Shown: positions 8,355 through 17,357, numbered from the stretch's first letter. The stretch: 64,000 nucleotides of DNA from an uncultured Gammaproteobacteria bacterium (GCA_964610465.1 CAZSWA010000003.1:6245-70244); one strand, 5' to 3'. Notes: generated by a model not told the origin, from the sequence alone. Numbers and translations are program-made.

Positions 8355-10358
8355 ATGAAAAAATATTTTTTACATATATTGATCTGTGACATCATTGCAG
8401 TAGTCTTTGGAGCTTTTTTCTTTACCCGATTTCTTCCCAATACAAATTCTGTACAAGTAGTCGATTTTAAGGATACTCTCCAGACCACACCAGTATTGTC
8501 ATCAAGCAGTGCAATTATCAATCATTCAATTACTCCTGTAGTATCAAACCAATGGTATAGTTCGATTTATAAAAAATTTCCAACCCAGCCAATTTTTGCC
8601 TTACCACTTGCATATATGCTTTCACCTAATGGAATTTCTTTTTCTTACCCTGATGTAACAGCATCTACCAATACTATCACTGCTCCCTTTAATGAAGACT
8701 TTACAGTAGGATTATCTGACCAGTTTGTAAAACCAAGTATTACCTCAATTGGTGATTGGAATATTGGTATCAGTCTTCTAACCCATACCAATAATTCACT
8801 CTCTTTTATACTCGCTCATGGAGTACCAAGCACTCTGCTTCACGTAAAAGCAAATTCTGTAGTGATTCATTTGCAGGACAATTCCAAAATATATAATCAA
8901 AATAAAACATTAGTTAACTCAAAAACATTCTCTACTGATTCTTTTCTTTTGCAGATACATAATCATAACTACATTCTTGTATTGAATAAAACAAATACTA
9001 TCGCAGTTGATAAAAATACTCTCACTATCGCAAATCCCACAACTCTTTATGTCGGTCTTCTTGATGACAGAAGTCATTATAATAACTTCCTGCAAACAGC
9101 AGATACTGAAATCCTCGGAACTTCGGCAATTCCGACTTTAAGTGACTCAGCACTCAGTGTAAAATATCAATTAGCTACCAACACCGGTAAACAACTTCTT
9201 ATTGCCCTCTATCCTCATCAATATGACACGCTTACTGAAAAAGTAAATGTACTTGGCAAATATGATACTATCCGGGGAAGTCTCAATCTTATAACTGCTG
9301 ATACATTTTCTACATCAATTGCGTTAGTTATGCCACCTGATTCATTTTCCAAATTATCAAGCGCTCATACAGATCTTGTGAATCAAGTAAAAACAGATAT
9401 AGCCGGAGTTTTAAGAAAACCAAAGCCAGATAGCACAGATTATTATCTGGGTACCTGGTTTGGAGAAATTGATAATCTTTTGCTTCTTGCAGATACTTTA
9501 GGATTAACTGAACAGAAAAATGCACTTTTGCAATTTGTAGAACCTATTTTTGTCAAAAGTCTCTCTAATTTCCATTATGATACCAAACAAAATAGTCTTA
9601 TTGCTGATTCTCCTGAATTTGGCAACGAAAAATTAAATGACCATCATTTCCATTATGGGTACTATATTCGTACAGCCTCAGTGCTTGCTAAATTTGACCC
9701 GGCAAGTCTTAGCAAAACCAAAACAATAATTACTAAAATGGTAAATGATATTGCAACTATAGATAGAAATTCAGAAAATTATCCCTATCTTCGCAATTTT
9801 GATGCCTACGAAAGCCACTCCTGGGCTGACGGGTATGCTGACTTTGCAGATGGCAATAATCAGGAGTCTTCATCTGAAGCAATCAACGCCTGGTATGGAA
9901 TGTATTTGTGGAGCAAAGTGACCAATTCCCCAAAACTTGAGCAATACGCTTTATATTTGTACAACTCTGAAATTCTCGGCGCAAAATATTATTGGTTTAA
10001 TAGTACTGGTATTTATGACAAGCCTTACTCACATGCAATTGCTTCTTTAGTTTGGGGAGGCAAAGTAGATTTTGCAACCTGGTTTAGCAATGATACCAAT
10101 ATGAAATATGGTATTCAACTTTTGCCTATTACACCAGCATCTACGTACTTGGGAAGTTTTCAGGATATTGGCAAATATGATAGTGACTATCATGTAAACG
10201 AAGGGGATGAAACAAAATCATGGGGTGATTTATTTACTATCTGGAGGTCATTTTATGATGATAGAAAAGCACTCTCTTTCAAAGATGCAGTAAAGAGTTT
10301 TGATGATAAGAATACGAAGTCAATGCTGCTTTATATACTCTATCTCAATAGTAAATAA
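8355..10358 (+). CDS. glycoside hydrolase family 81 endo-beta-1,3-glucanase, secreted/membrane-anchored
   Basis: 'NDHHFHYGYYIRTASVLAKFD' matches the GH81 signature. 'ESSSEA' places two Glu four residues apart, as in the GH81 catalytic pair. N-terminal hydrophobic anchor. Confidence 0.7.
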   Translation: MKKYFLHILICDIIAVVFGAFFFTRFLPNTNSVQVVDFKDTLQTTPVLSSSSAIINHSITPVVSNQWYSSIYKKFPTQPIFALPLAYMLSPNGISFSYPDVTASTNTITAPFNEDFTVGLSDQFVKPSITSIGDWNIGISLLTHTNNSLSFILAHGVPSTLLHVKANSVVIHLQDNSKIYNQNKTLVNSKTFSTDSFLLQIHNHNYILVLNKTNTIAVDKNTLTIANPTTLYVGLLDDRSHYNNFLQTADTEILGTSAIPTLSDSALSVKYQLATNTGKQLLIALYPHQYDTLTEKVNVLGKYDTIRGSLNLITADTFSTSIALVMPPDSFSKLSSAHTDLVNQVKTDIAGVLRKPKPDSTDYYLGTWFGEIDNLLLLADTLGLTEQKNALLQFVEPIFVKSLSNFHYDTKQNSLIADSPEFGNEKLNDHHFHYGYYIRTASVLAKFDPASLSKTKTIITKMVNDIATIDRNSENYPYLRNFDAYESHSWADGYADFADGNNQESSSEAINAWYGMYLWSKVTNSPKLEQYALYLYNSEILGAKYYWFNSTGIYDKPYSHAIASLVWGGKVDFATWFSNDTNMKYGIQLLPITPASTYLGSFQDIGKYDSDYHVNEGDETKSWGDLFTIWRSFYDDRKALSFKDAVKSFDDKNTKSMLLYILYLNSK

Positions 10359-10365
10359 ACTACTC

Positions 10366-10425
10366 GACAATATATTGTCATACAGAGGCTAAAAGCCGAA
10401 GGATCTCATCTGAAAAGATTCTTCG
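10366..10425. terminator. convergent terminator region: perfect 14-nt palindrome GACAATATATTGTC plus a 10-bp hairpin (CGAAGGATCT..AGATTCTTCG)
   Basis: Lies between the GH81 stop (10358) and the stop of the minus-strand gene at 10456. On the minus strand the hairpin is followed by CTTTT. Confidence 0.35.
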
Positions 10426-10455
10426 CTGTGCTCAGAATGACAAGCTATAATCCAG

Positions 10456-10740
10456 CTATTCTACTGGCTCATCGTACTCCGTATTTTGTAAATCCTCAGC
10501 TCCGGGAATATCTCCTTCAACTGCATTTTCAGGAACGTCTTCACTTTGTCGCATATTGGCTTTTATATAGTCAAACAACTCTTCATCAGTAAGCAATAAA
10601 TCTCCTTGTGTATGCCATTCTTTGTAATGATCTTTCACCAGATGAAACAGAATATTAAATGAATCATATGGTGCATCAGGCTCGTTGTTGTAAACTACAA
10701 TATCTTTTCCGCACTTTGGACAAGAAACACGATAATACAT
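10456..10740 (-). CDS. hypothetical protein with N-terminal CPKCG zinc-ribbon-like motif and acidic C-terminus
   Basis: ORF with native codon usage. Only a single CxxC pair is present. Confidence 0.4.
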   Translation of the reverse strand: MYYRVSCPKCGKDIVVYNNEPDAPYDSFNILFHLVKDHYKEWHTQGDLLLTDEELFDYIKANMRQSEDVPENAVEGDIPGAEDLQNTEYDEPVE

Positions 10741-10813
10741 ACTTTAGATTATTATACACCATGTCAAGTACCCCTTTTGTTATTACGCTAAAATCAGAAT
10801 ATATCCTATAGCT

Positions 10814-10867
10814 TTGACATGCGCTGTGTATTTTGCTATACTCGCCTCGTTTGCACATTGATATAAT
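10814..10867 (+). promoter_or_regulatory. tandem sigma70-like promoters: TTGACA-17-TATACT (10814-10842) and extended -10 TGATATAAT (10859-10867)
   Basis: Consensus -35 with 17-nt spacing to a near-consensus -10. The cassette ORF starts about 100 nt downstream behind an AGGAGG SD. Confidence 0.55.
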
Positions 10868-10967
10868 TTCCACAGGTGGATACGAGATTTAAGGTTTTAA
10901 TAAGTCTTAAGTCTTGTGTCCATCAAAGTGGTGGATACAGAATGGAACATCGCTCAGGAGGACAGCT

Positions 10968-11294
10968 ATGATTGACACAACGGTACTATTTGCAATGCTA
11001 CTAGCAGCGATAGGAATCATCATCCTTATCGCTCTACCGTACCTGATAATCCTAGTAAGAACGCCTGTTGTTACACCAGAAGAACTGGAACAGGCCTGTC
11101 GTAATATGAGAGCAAACGAAGAGAAAACGTTTCGTATAAGAAAACCATACTCTTATAACAATGTACAGTATGTAAACAATGTACCTATCCGGCTTGCAGC
11201 TCAAGGAGGTCATTTCGTCTTTCATTTCTCCAAACCCTGGGTAACAGTCTATTGCAGTCAACCCGTCCATACAAGAACGGATTCTCCTGCATAA
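10968..11294 (+). CDS. small single-pass membrane protein, atypical codon usage
   Basis: Start taken at 'MIDTT', which follows the AGGAGG SD. One N-terminal TM helix. Frequent CTA/ATC/ACG/CCG/CTG codons and higher GC than neighbours. Framed by the consensus promoter and a GC-rich terminator. Confidence 0.5.
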   Translation: MIDTTVLFAMLLAAIGIIILIALPYLIILVRTPVVTPEELEQACRNMRANEEKTFRIRKPYSYNNVQYVNNVPIRLAAQGGHFVFHFSKPWVTVYCSQPVHTRTDSPA

Positions 11295-11333
11295 AGCGCA
11301 GGAAGAAATCGAATGGATGCTGATGTAAACAGA

Positions 11334-11380
11334 GGTCCCGCCCTTTTTCTGGGCGGGACCATTTTCTTTTTTTTATTTTT
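11334..11380 (+). terminator. rho-independent terminator (GGTCCCGCCC-TTTTTCT-GGGCGGGACC followed by a T-run)
   Basis: Perfect 10-bp GC stem followed by a T-rich tract, seen directly in the sequence. Confidence 0.85.
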
Positions 11381-11432
11381 GAAACTAGATATTTGAATTT
11401 ACAATCCTCTCTATTTACGCTATTATTTCAGT

Positions 11433-11834
11433 ATGAATCATATTACAAACTCGAGAAAAACATTTACAAAAACCAAAGACTTTCAGTACTACAAAGGAAC
11501 CATCTGGACTAATCATGCGCTTGAAAGGCTTGAAGAACGTGGATTTACACAAGAGATGGCATATCAGGCCTTTAACAAACCAGATAAAGCAATTCCAGGG
11601 AAAGAGTCGGGAACTACAGAATTTCGAAAACGTTTTGAGAATTCGATTGTTACTGTCATTGCAACCAAAAATGAACACAATGAATGGATAGTTATCTCCT
11701 GCTGGATTGACCCGCCTCTTGAAGGTACAAAAGATGCCGCCAAAAAAGAAGCATATGAAAAGTATCATAAAGCCTCAACTCTTGGGAAACTTTGGATAAT
11801 TTTCTTAAGACAAATCGGATTGGCAAAGTATTAA
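11433..11834 (+). CDS. DUF4258-family protein (RelE/BrnT-like toxin fold candidate), orphan
   Basis: 'TNHALERLEERGFT' matches the DUF4258 'HAleRmeeRgi' core. Confidence 0.5.
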   Translation: MNHITNSRKTFTKTKDFQYYKGTIWTNHALERLEERGFTQEMAYQAFNKPDKAIPGKESGTTEFRKRFENSIVTVIATKNEHNEWIVISCWIDPPLEGTKDAAKKEAYEKYHKASTLGKLWIIFLRQIGLAKY

Positions 11835-11879
11835 AAATTGTCATTTCTAGGAGCAATATTTGTTTTTTCGCTGTTACTT

Positions 11880-12365
11880 TTATTCCACCTTAATTTGAGT
11901 AATTGTATACACAATTTCTCCTGAGGGTGCTTTGACTATTGCTTTATCTCCTACTTTTTTCCCCATCAATGCTTTCCCAAGAGGAGAATTTTGGGATATT
12001 TTCCCGCTACTTGGATCTGCTTCAAAATCTCCAACTATCGTATATGCAACTCTTTTTTCTTTGAAAGTAAGAGTTACTTGAGTTCCCAAAATAACTGTAT
12101 CAGTTGAATTCGCCTCAATAATTTTTGCGTATTTTATAAAATGTGATAAACGTGCAAGATTGCTATCAATTGAAGATAATTTTGCACGGGATGCTTTATA
12201 ATAACCGTTTTCTCGTAGATCTCCCATTTCACGCGAAATCTTTACATGGTAGACTGCGTCTTTCCTGTCTTCCAATAGTTTTTGATATTCTGTTTTGATT
12301 TTTTCATATCCTTCTTTGGTAAAAGGGATAGGATGTATTTTCCTGATAGGACTTGTCCTTCTCAT
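11880..12365 (-). CDS. greA: transcription elongation factor GreA
   Basis: 'GDLRENGYY' coiled-coil motif and a C-terminal FKBP-like 'SPLGKALMGKKVGD'. Confidence 0.9.
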   Translation of the reverse strand: MRRTSPIRKIHPIPFTKEGYEKIKTEYQKLLEDRKDAVYHVKISREMGDLRENGYYKASRAKLSSIDSNLARLSHFIKYAKIIEANSTDTVILGTQVTLTFKEKRVAYTIVGDFEADPSSGKISQNSPLGKALMGKKVGDKAIVKAPSGEIVYTITQIKVE

Positions 12366-12438
12366 ACTGACTCATTGTAACACATCGTAGATATAGATAA
12401 GTCAGCTAAAATACGCTATGATAACAATATAATTTACT

Positions 12439-12963
12439 ATGCGAAAGATACTTATTGCAGGTATTATCTCTTTATTATTTATAAGTGTAACTAATATCAG
12501 CTATGCTGACTCCCCTTATGTGCTGCCCTATCCTTCTACTATGCCTGGAAGTTTTCTGTACAAATTACATGTACTATCAGAACAACTCTTAAAGTATTGG
12601 TATTTCGGAAACTTCGGACAGTTTACCTACAATCTAAAGTTATCAGACAAATATCTGGTGGAAGCAAAAACACTATTTGAATACAAGCAATATCTTCTGG
12701 CTGATAGAGCACTTAAAAAATCAGATAGTTATTTTGTACAAACCATGCCCTATCTCACAAAGCTAAAAGATGAATGTGTTGATATTACTGACAAAAAAAA
12801 TACTTTGCATGATGCTGCTCAAAAACATATAGAAACTCTAGAAAAAGCAAGAGCTGATATTCCTGAATCGTTTGTATGGCGTCCTGAAAAAGCATCAGCG
12901 ACTTCACTTTATCTACAAACTGATATTACAAATGCAATTGCCATACGACAAAAATATTTATGA
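12439..12963 (+). CDS. secreted hypothetical protein (signal peptide)
   Basis: N-terminal signal peptide 'LLFISVTNISYADS'. Overlaps the next gene by 4 nt (ATGA). Confidence 0.45.
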   Translation: MRKILIAGIISLLFISVTNISYADSPYVLPYPSTMPGSFLYKLHVLSEQLLKYWYFGNFGQFTYNLKLSDKYLVEAKTLFEYKQYLLADRALKKSDSYFVQTMPYLTKLKDECVDITDKKNTLHDAAQKHIETLEKARADIPESFVWRPEKASATSLYLQTDITNAIAIRQKYL

Positions 12964-14099
12964 AAAATATAGTGACAATATTCTATAGTGTAACATTATT
13001 CTTGTTTACTGCATTTTCTTATATATTTATTGACCCGAATTTCTTTTATTTTCATACTCTTTACACAGGATTTTATGCATTGCAAAGAATTACAACAACT
13101 TTGTTTTATCTTTTCCTCATTTTAATTCTCTTTGGTATCTACTGGTTTTTCTTAAATTTGGCACGATACAAAAAACTCTCAATGACAGATATCAAAATCT
13201 TGCTCCTTATTACCGTACTCAATTTATTACTTTCTTATCCTGCGATGCTTTCCTTTGATATTTTCAATTACACAACAACAGCAAAAGTGCTGTATCACTA
13301 TCATGAAAACCCTTATATTATAATGCCAATAGAGTTTTCTAATGACCCTTTTCTCCATTATACTCGTGCTGCCAATAAAACAGCTTTGTATGGACCTATA
13401 TGGCTTATGGCAAGTGGTATCCCCTATATGGCAGGTTTTGAAAATTATTTGTTGATTCTTCTTAACTTTAAAGTAATTGCACTATTTTTTTACCTTGCAA
13501 CAATTTGGGTTATCTGGAAATTATCAAAGAGTGTTTTGGCTGTTACTTTTTTTGCATTCAATCCTCTTGTGATTATTGAATCATTGGTCAGTGGACATAA
13601 TGATGTAGTTATGATGTTTTTAGCATTATTTTCATTATATCTTTTATTGCAAAAACGGATAGTGTTATCAGCAGGAACTTTGCTCCTGTCGGTACTAATC
13701 AAATATTCAACCTTTTTTCTTTTACCTGTATATATTTTTGTTTACCTGCAAACGAAGAAACATAAGAAATTACATCATGAAAAAATCTATTTCTACTTAG
13801 CAATCCTTATGCTGGTGATATTTTTCTTGTCTCCTATCCGAGAAGAACTATATTCCTGGTATGCAATATGGTTTTTAAGTTTTATGAGTTTGATATATGG
13901 AAAAAATTTTCTCTCTTATCTTGCACTTGCGCTTTCTTTTGGACTTATGCTTGGATACATTCCATATATGTTGTTTGGTATTTATCTCCCTAAAACAACA
14001 CTTTTAAAGTACATCCTCATCTTTTTACCAGTATGCTATACGTTTATTTATTATTTCTTTCAAACCAAATTCCATTTGAGAAGTACTAAACTCATATAA
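12960..14099 (+). CDS. polytopic membrane protein, DUF2029/GT87-like glycosyltransferase candidate
   Basis: About 10 TM helices. The 'SGHNDVVMMFLAL' motif is typical of DUF2029-type GT-C enzymes. Confidence 0.45.
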   Translation: MKNIVTIFYSVTLFLFTAFSYIFIDPNFFYFHTLYTGFYALQRITTTLFYLFLILILFGIYWFFLNLARYKKLSMTDIKILLLITVLNLLLSYPAMLSFDIFNYTTTAKVLYHYHENPYIIMPIEFSNDPFLHYTRAANKTALYGPIWLMASGIPYMAGFENYLLILLNFKVIALFFYLATIWVIWKLSKSVLAVTFFAFNPLVIIESLVSGHNDVVMMFLALFSLYLLLQKRIVLSAGTLLLSVLIKYSTFFLLPVYIFVYLQTKKHKKLHHEKIYFYLAILMLVIFFLSPIREELYSWYAIWFLSFMSLIYGKNFLSYLALALSFGLMLGYIPYMLFGIYLPKTTLLKYILIFLPVCYTFIYYFFQTKFHLRSTKLI

Positions 14100-14139
14100 G
14101 CATTGTACTTTTGTTTGATTGGTGTACAATAGTCGATAA

Positions 14140-15321
14140 GTGAAAATATTTAATTCTCAAATCGAAAAGAAAGAACTCCTTCATACTATCAACAAAAAAG
14201 AACTCCGTATGTATGTATGTGGTATTACTCCCTATGATACCACTCATTTAGGCCATGCATTTACCTATGTGACTTTTGATGTGTTGTCGCGCTATCTTAC
14301 CTATAAAGGTTATAAAGTTATTTATACACAAAATGTTACAGATATTGACGATGATATTCTCAAAAAAGCAAAAGAAGAAAAAAGAGATTGGAAAGAACTC
14401 GGAGATTTTTGGACAAAAAGATTTCTCAATGATATGCACTCATTTAATATCACTCCACCAACCTATTATGTCAAAGCAACTGACTCAATTCCTAAAATGC
14501 TTGAGATTATTCAAGTGCTCCTGCAAAAAGGCTTTGCGTATGAGAAAGAAAGCAATGTCTATTTTGATGTAACTAAATATCCTGAATATGGAAAGCTTTC
14601 GCATTTAACACCTGAAGAGATGATACCTATTTCAAGAGAACGTGGCGCCAATCCTGAAGACTCTCTTAAGAAAAACCCATTGGACTTTTTGCTTTGGCAA
14701 AAAACTAAAAAAGATGAACCATATTGGCAGAGCCCTTGGGGTAAAGGAAGACCAGGTTGGCACATTGAGTGCTCTTCCATGATTGCACAATACCTTGGCC
14801 CACAAATAGATGTGCATGGAGGTGGATTTGATCTCATTTACCCTCACCATGAAAGTGAAATTGCGCAGTCTGAAAATTACACTGGGAAAATACCTTTTGT
14901 AGGATATTGGATGCATGTTGCAATGCTTCGATATAAAGGTGAAAAAATGTCTAAATCACTTGGTAATCTTGTGATGGTCGATGTTCTTTTACAAAAATAT
15001 ACTGCCAGCGCAATTCGTTATCTTCTATTATCACATCACTATAGAGACACATGGGAATATTTTGAAGAAGAAATGGAAAAAGCCCAAAAAAATATTGAGT
15101 ATATTGGAAAAGCTTGCCAAATTAAAACGAAACAGACTTCATATGAAGTGAATAAAAAGTACAGTGAACGATTTGAATATTTTATGGAAGATGATTTAGA
15201 TACACCCGGAGCATTACGAGTTGTAATGCAACTTGCTAAAAAAGTGAATCAAACAAAAAACTATTCACTGCAAAAAACATTAAAACATCTATTACAGGTA
15301 TTAGGTTTTACTCATTTATAA
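14140..15321 (+). CDS. cysS: cysteinyl-tRNA synthetase (class I; HIGH = TTHLGHAF, KMSKS present), short C-terminus
   Basis: 'MYVCGITPYD..HLGHA', 'NVTDIDDDI', 'KMSKSLGN', Zn-binding 'WHIECS'. Confidence 0.85.
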   Translation: MKIFNSQIEKKELLHTINKKELRMYVCGITPYDTTHLGHAFTYVTFDVLSRYLTYKGYKVIYTQNVTDIDDDILKKAKEEKRDWKELGDFWTKRFLNDMHSFNITPPTYYVKATDSIPKMLEIIQVLLQKGFAYEKESNVYFDVTKYPEYGKLSHLTPEEMIPISRERGANPEDSLKKNPLDFLLWQKTKKDEPYWQSPWGKGRPGWHIECSSMIAQYLGPQIDVHGGGFDLIYPHHESEIAQSENYTGKIPFVGYWMHVAMLRYKGEKMSKSLGNLVMVDVLLQKYTASAIRYLLLSHHYRDTWEYFEEEMEKAQKNIEYIGKACQIKTKQTSYEVNKKYSERFEYFMEDDLDTPGALRVVMQLAKKVNQTKNYSLQKTLKHLLQVLGFTHL

Positions 15322-15324
15322 TTT

Positions 15325-15660
15325 CTATTCATTATATCTGTGGGATTCGTCAGGATATGATTCTTCATTCTCTGATTCAACAATTTTTTCTTCCAGTTTT
15401 TCAACTTGTTTATTAATTCGTACTTCAAATTTCCTTCTATCACTCTCATCTTCAATTCCGTTTATAATATCTTGGCACATTGGACAAAGTCGTTCTTTAT
15501 TTTCAGTGTAATAAATAATGCTTGCGTCTCTATTTCTTAATCCATCCAAAACACGCTCCAAATTATCAATTTGATTGGTTATTTCTGTTGGATCAGTTGG
15601 AATATATGATTCCCATATTCCATGTTCTGTTTTTCTTCCGCATAGCGGACACTCTTCCAT
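15325..15660 (-). CDS. small zinc-ribbon protein (CPLCG ... CPMCQ), acidic
   Basis: Two CxxC pairs about 55 residues apart. Confidence 0.45.
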   Translation of the reverse strand: MEECPLCGRKTEHGIWESYIPTDPTEITNQIDNLERVLDGLRNRDASIIYYTENKERLCPMCQDIINGIEDESDRRKFEVRINKQVEKLEEKIVESENEESYPDESHRYNE

Positions 15661-15781
15661 ATTGTTACCACCTCCTATTACAAATACCCTATTGAAAGCA
15701 GATAAGAAATAAAACTAAAAAAAGTAAGCATTCTGCAAGAAATAGCCTCAAAAACCTTTCAAAAAAATGGTATAATTTTAC

Positions 15782-16948
15782 GTGATGAGAACAAGAATGC
15801 TTGGCATTATTATAGTAATTAGTTTTTTCTTTCTCTTTTTACCCATTTCTCTATCATACGCGATTGTAAATCCCCTTAGTACCCCCAATAATAAAATTGG
15901 GATTCATATCCTTTTTGATACCGAACTTCTGGATGCAGCACGTCTTGTCAATGCCAATGGTGGCGATTGGGGATATATCACTATTCCTATTCAGGCAGGT
16001 GATAAAGATTTAGTAAAATGGCAAAACTTTATGGATATCGCACGAAAATATCATCTTATTCCTATTATTCGGCTCGCCACTGAAGGTGATTATTTCAATA
16101 CGAAAGTATGGCGTAAGCCAACACTTGCAGATGTAGTAGATTTTGCAAATTTCCTGAATTCTCTTCAGTGGCCAACTAAAAACAGATATGTCATTGTATT
16201 TAATGAAGTAAACCGTGCGGATGAATGGGGAGGAACTGTTAATCCTGCCGAATATGCTGATTTATTAAGCTATGCTGTCTCTGTTTTTAAATCTAAAAGC
16301 CCAAATTTTTTTATTATTAGTGCAGGACTTGATAATGCAGCACCAAATCAAGGTACTACTTTTATGGACCATTATGATTATATGACGCAAATGAATACAG
16401 CAATTCCTGGGATATTTAACCAGATTGATGGCTTAGCCAGCCATTCATATCCTAATCCTGCTTTCTCGCAACCTCCAGACATATCGAACCGGATGGGAAT
16501 AGGAAGTTTTGTTTATGAATATCAATTAGCAGATAGTCTTAGCAATAAAAAACTTCCTGTATTTATCACAGAAACCGGCTGGTCTTCTGATACTGTAACA
16601 GATGATACTATTTCGTCATATTATCAACAAACATTTGCAAATATTTGGTCTGACAGTAATATTGTAGCAATAACCCCGTTTCTACTTAAAGCAGGAGAAG
16701 GACCATTTAAACAATTTTCTTTTCTTAAGGAAGATGGAACTCCTTCAAAAATCTATTCTCTCTTCCAAAATATGCAAAAAATCAAAGGGCAACCAGTCCT
16801 TAGCCCTCAAGTACTTGTAGAAGGAATTGATACAAGCAAACAAAAAATACCAGTAAAAGACTTTACCAATAGTAATCTGAATAGACATCTCAAATTTAGC
16901 CCTTCTGAAATTTTAAAGTCAGTATTTGAATGGATATTAAAGATTTAA
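15782..16948 (+). CDS. secreted glycoside hydrolase, clan GH-A (TIM-barrel; acid/base in VFNEVN, nucleophile in ITETGW)
   Basis: Signal peptide/TM at the N-terminus. NE and TE(T)G motifs spaced as in GH5-like enzymes. Confidence 0.55.
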   Translation: MMRTRMLGIIIVISFFFLFLPISLSYAIVNPLSTPNNKIGIHILFDTELLDAARLVNANGGDWGYITIPIQAGDKDLVKWQNFMDIARKYHLIPIIRLATEGDYFNTKVWRKPTLADVVDFANFLNSLQWPTKNRYVIVFNEVNRADEWGGTVNPAEYADLLSYAVSVFKSKSPNFFIISAGLDNAAPNQGTTFMDHYDYMTQMNTAIPGIFNQIDGLASHSYPNPAFSQPPDISNRMGIGSFVYEYQLADSLSNKKLPVFITETGWSSDTVTDDTISSYYQQTFANIWSDSNIVAITPFLLKAGEGPFKQFSFLKEDGTPSKIYSLFQNMQKIKGQPVLSPQVLVEGIDTSKQKIPVKDFTNSNLNRHLKFSPSEILKSVFEWILKI

Positions 16949-16949
16949 T

Positions 16950-17330
16950 ATGGAATGGCATGAAGCATATGATGTAAAACAAGACATTGAACATATTCTC
17001 CAAGTACTCAATCTTACCTATATCGACCCTTCAAGAATCTTTTGTTATAGAACGCATGGTTCATCGGCAAGAGCATATGCTCGCACATGGGCTTTCCCCA
17101 AAATTTTTCAAAAAGCTCTCAATGTACGGCCTGCATATGTAATTGAAGTACTGGCAACTCATTATGACAAACAGTCAGATAATAAAAAAACGGAAATCCT
17201 GATTCACGAATTACTTCATATTCCCAAAAACTTTTCAGGAGTATTGCTTCCCCATCATACAAGAAGTAGAAATTTACATGCAGTAGCTAATAAATTATTT
17301 AAAGAATACCTAAAGGCAACCAAAAGATAA
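16950..17330 (+). CDS. HExxH-motif putative Zn metallohydrolase (SprT/YgjP-like)
   Basis: 'IHELLHIPKNFSGVLLPHH'. Translationally coupled to the upstream GH (2-nt gap). Confidence 0.4.
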   Translation: MEWHEAYDVKQDIEHILQVLNLTYIDPSRIFCYRTHGSSARAYARTWAFPKIFQKALNVRPAYVIEVLATHYDKQSDNKKTEILIHELLHIPKNFSGVLLPHHTRSRNLHAVANKLFKEYLKATKR

Positions 17331-17357
17331 TTTCTATCTGCTACAATAGCTAACTAT

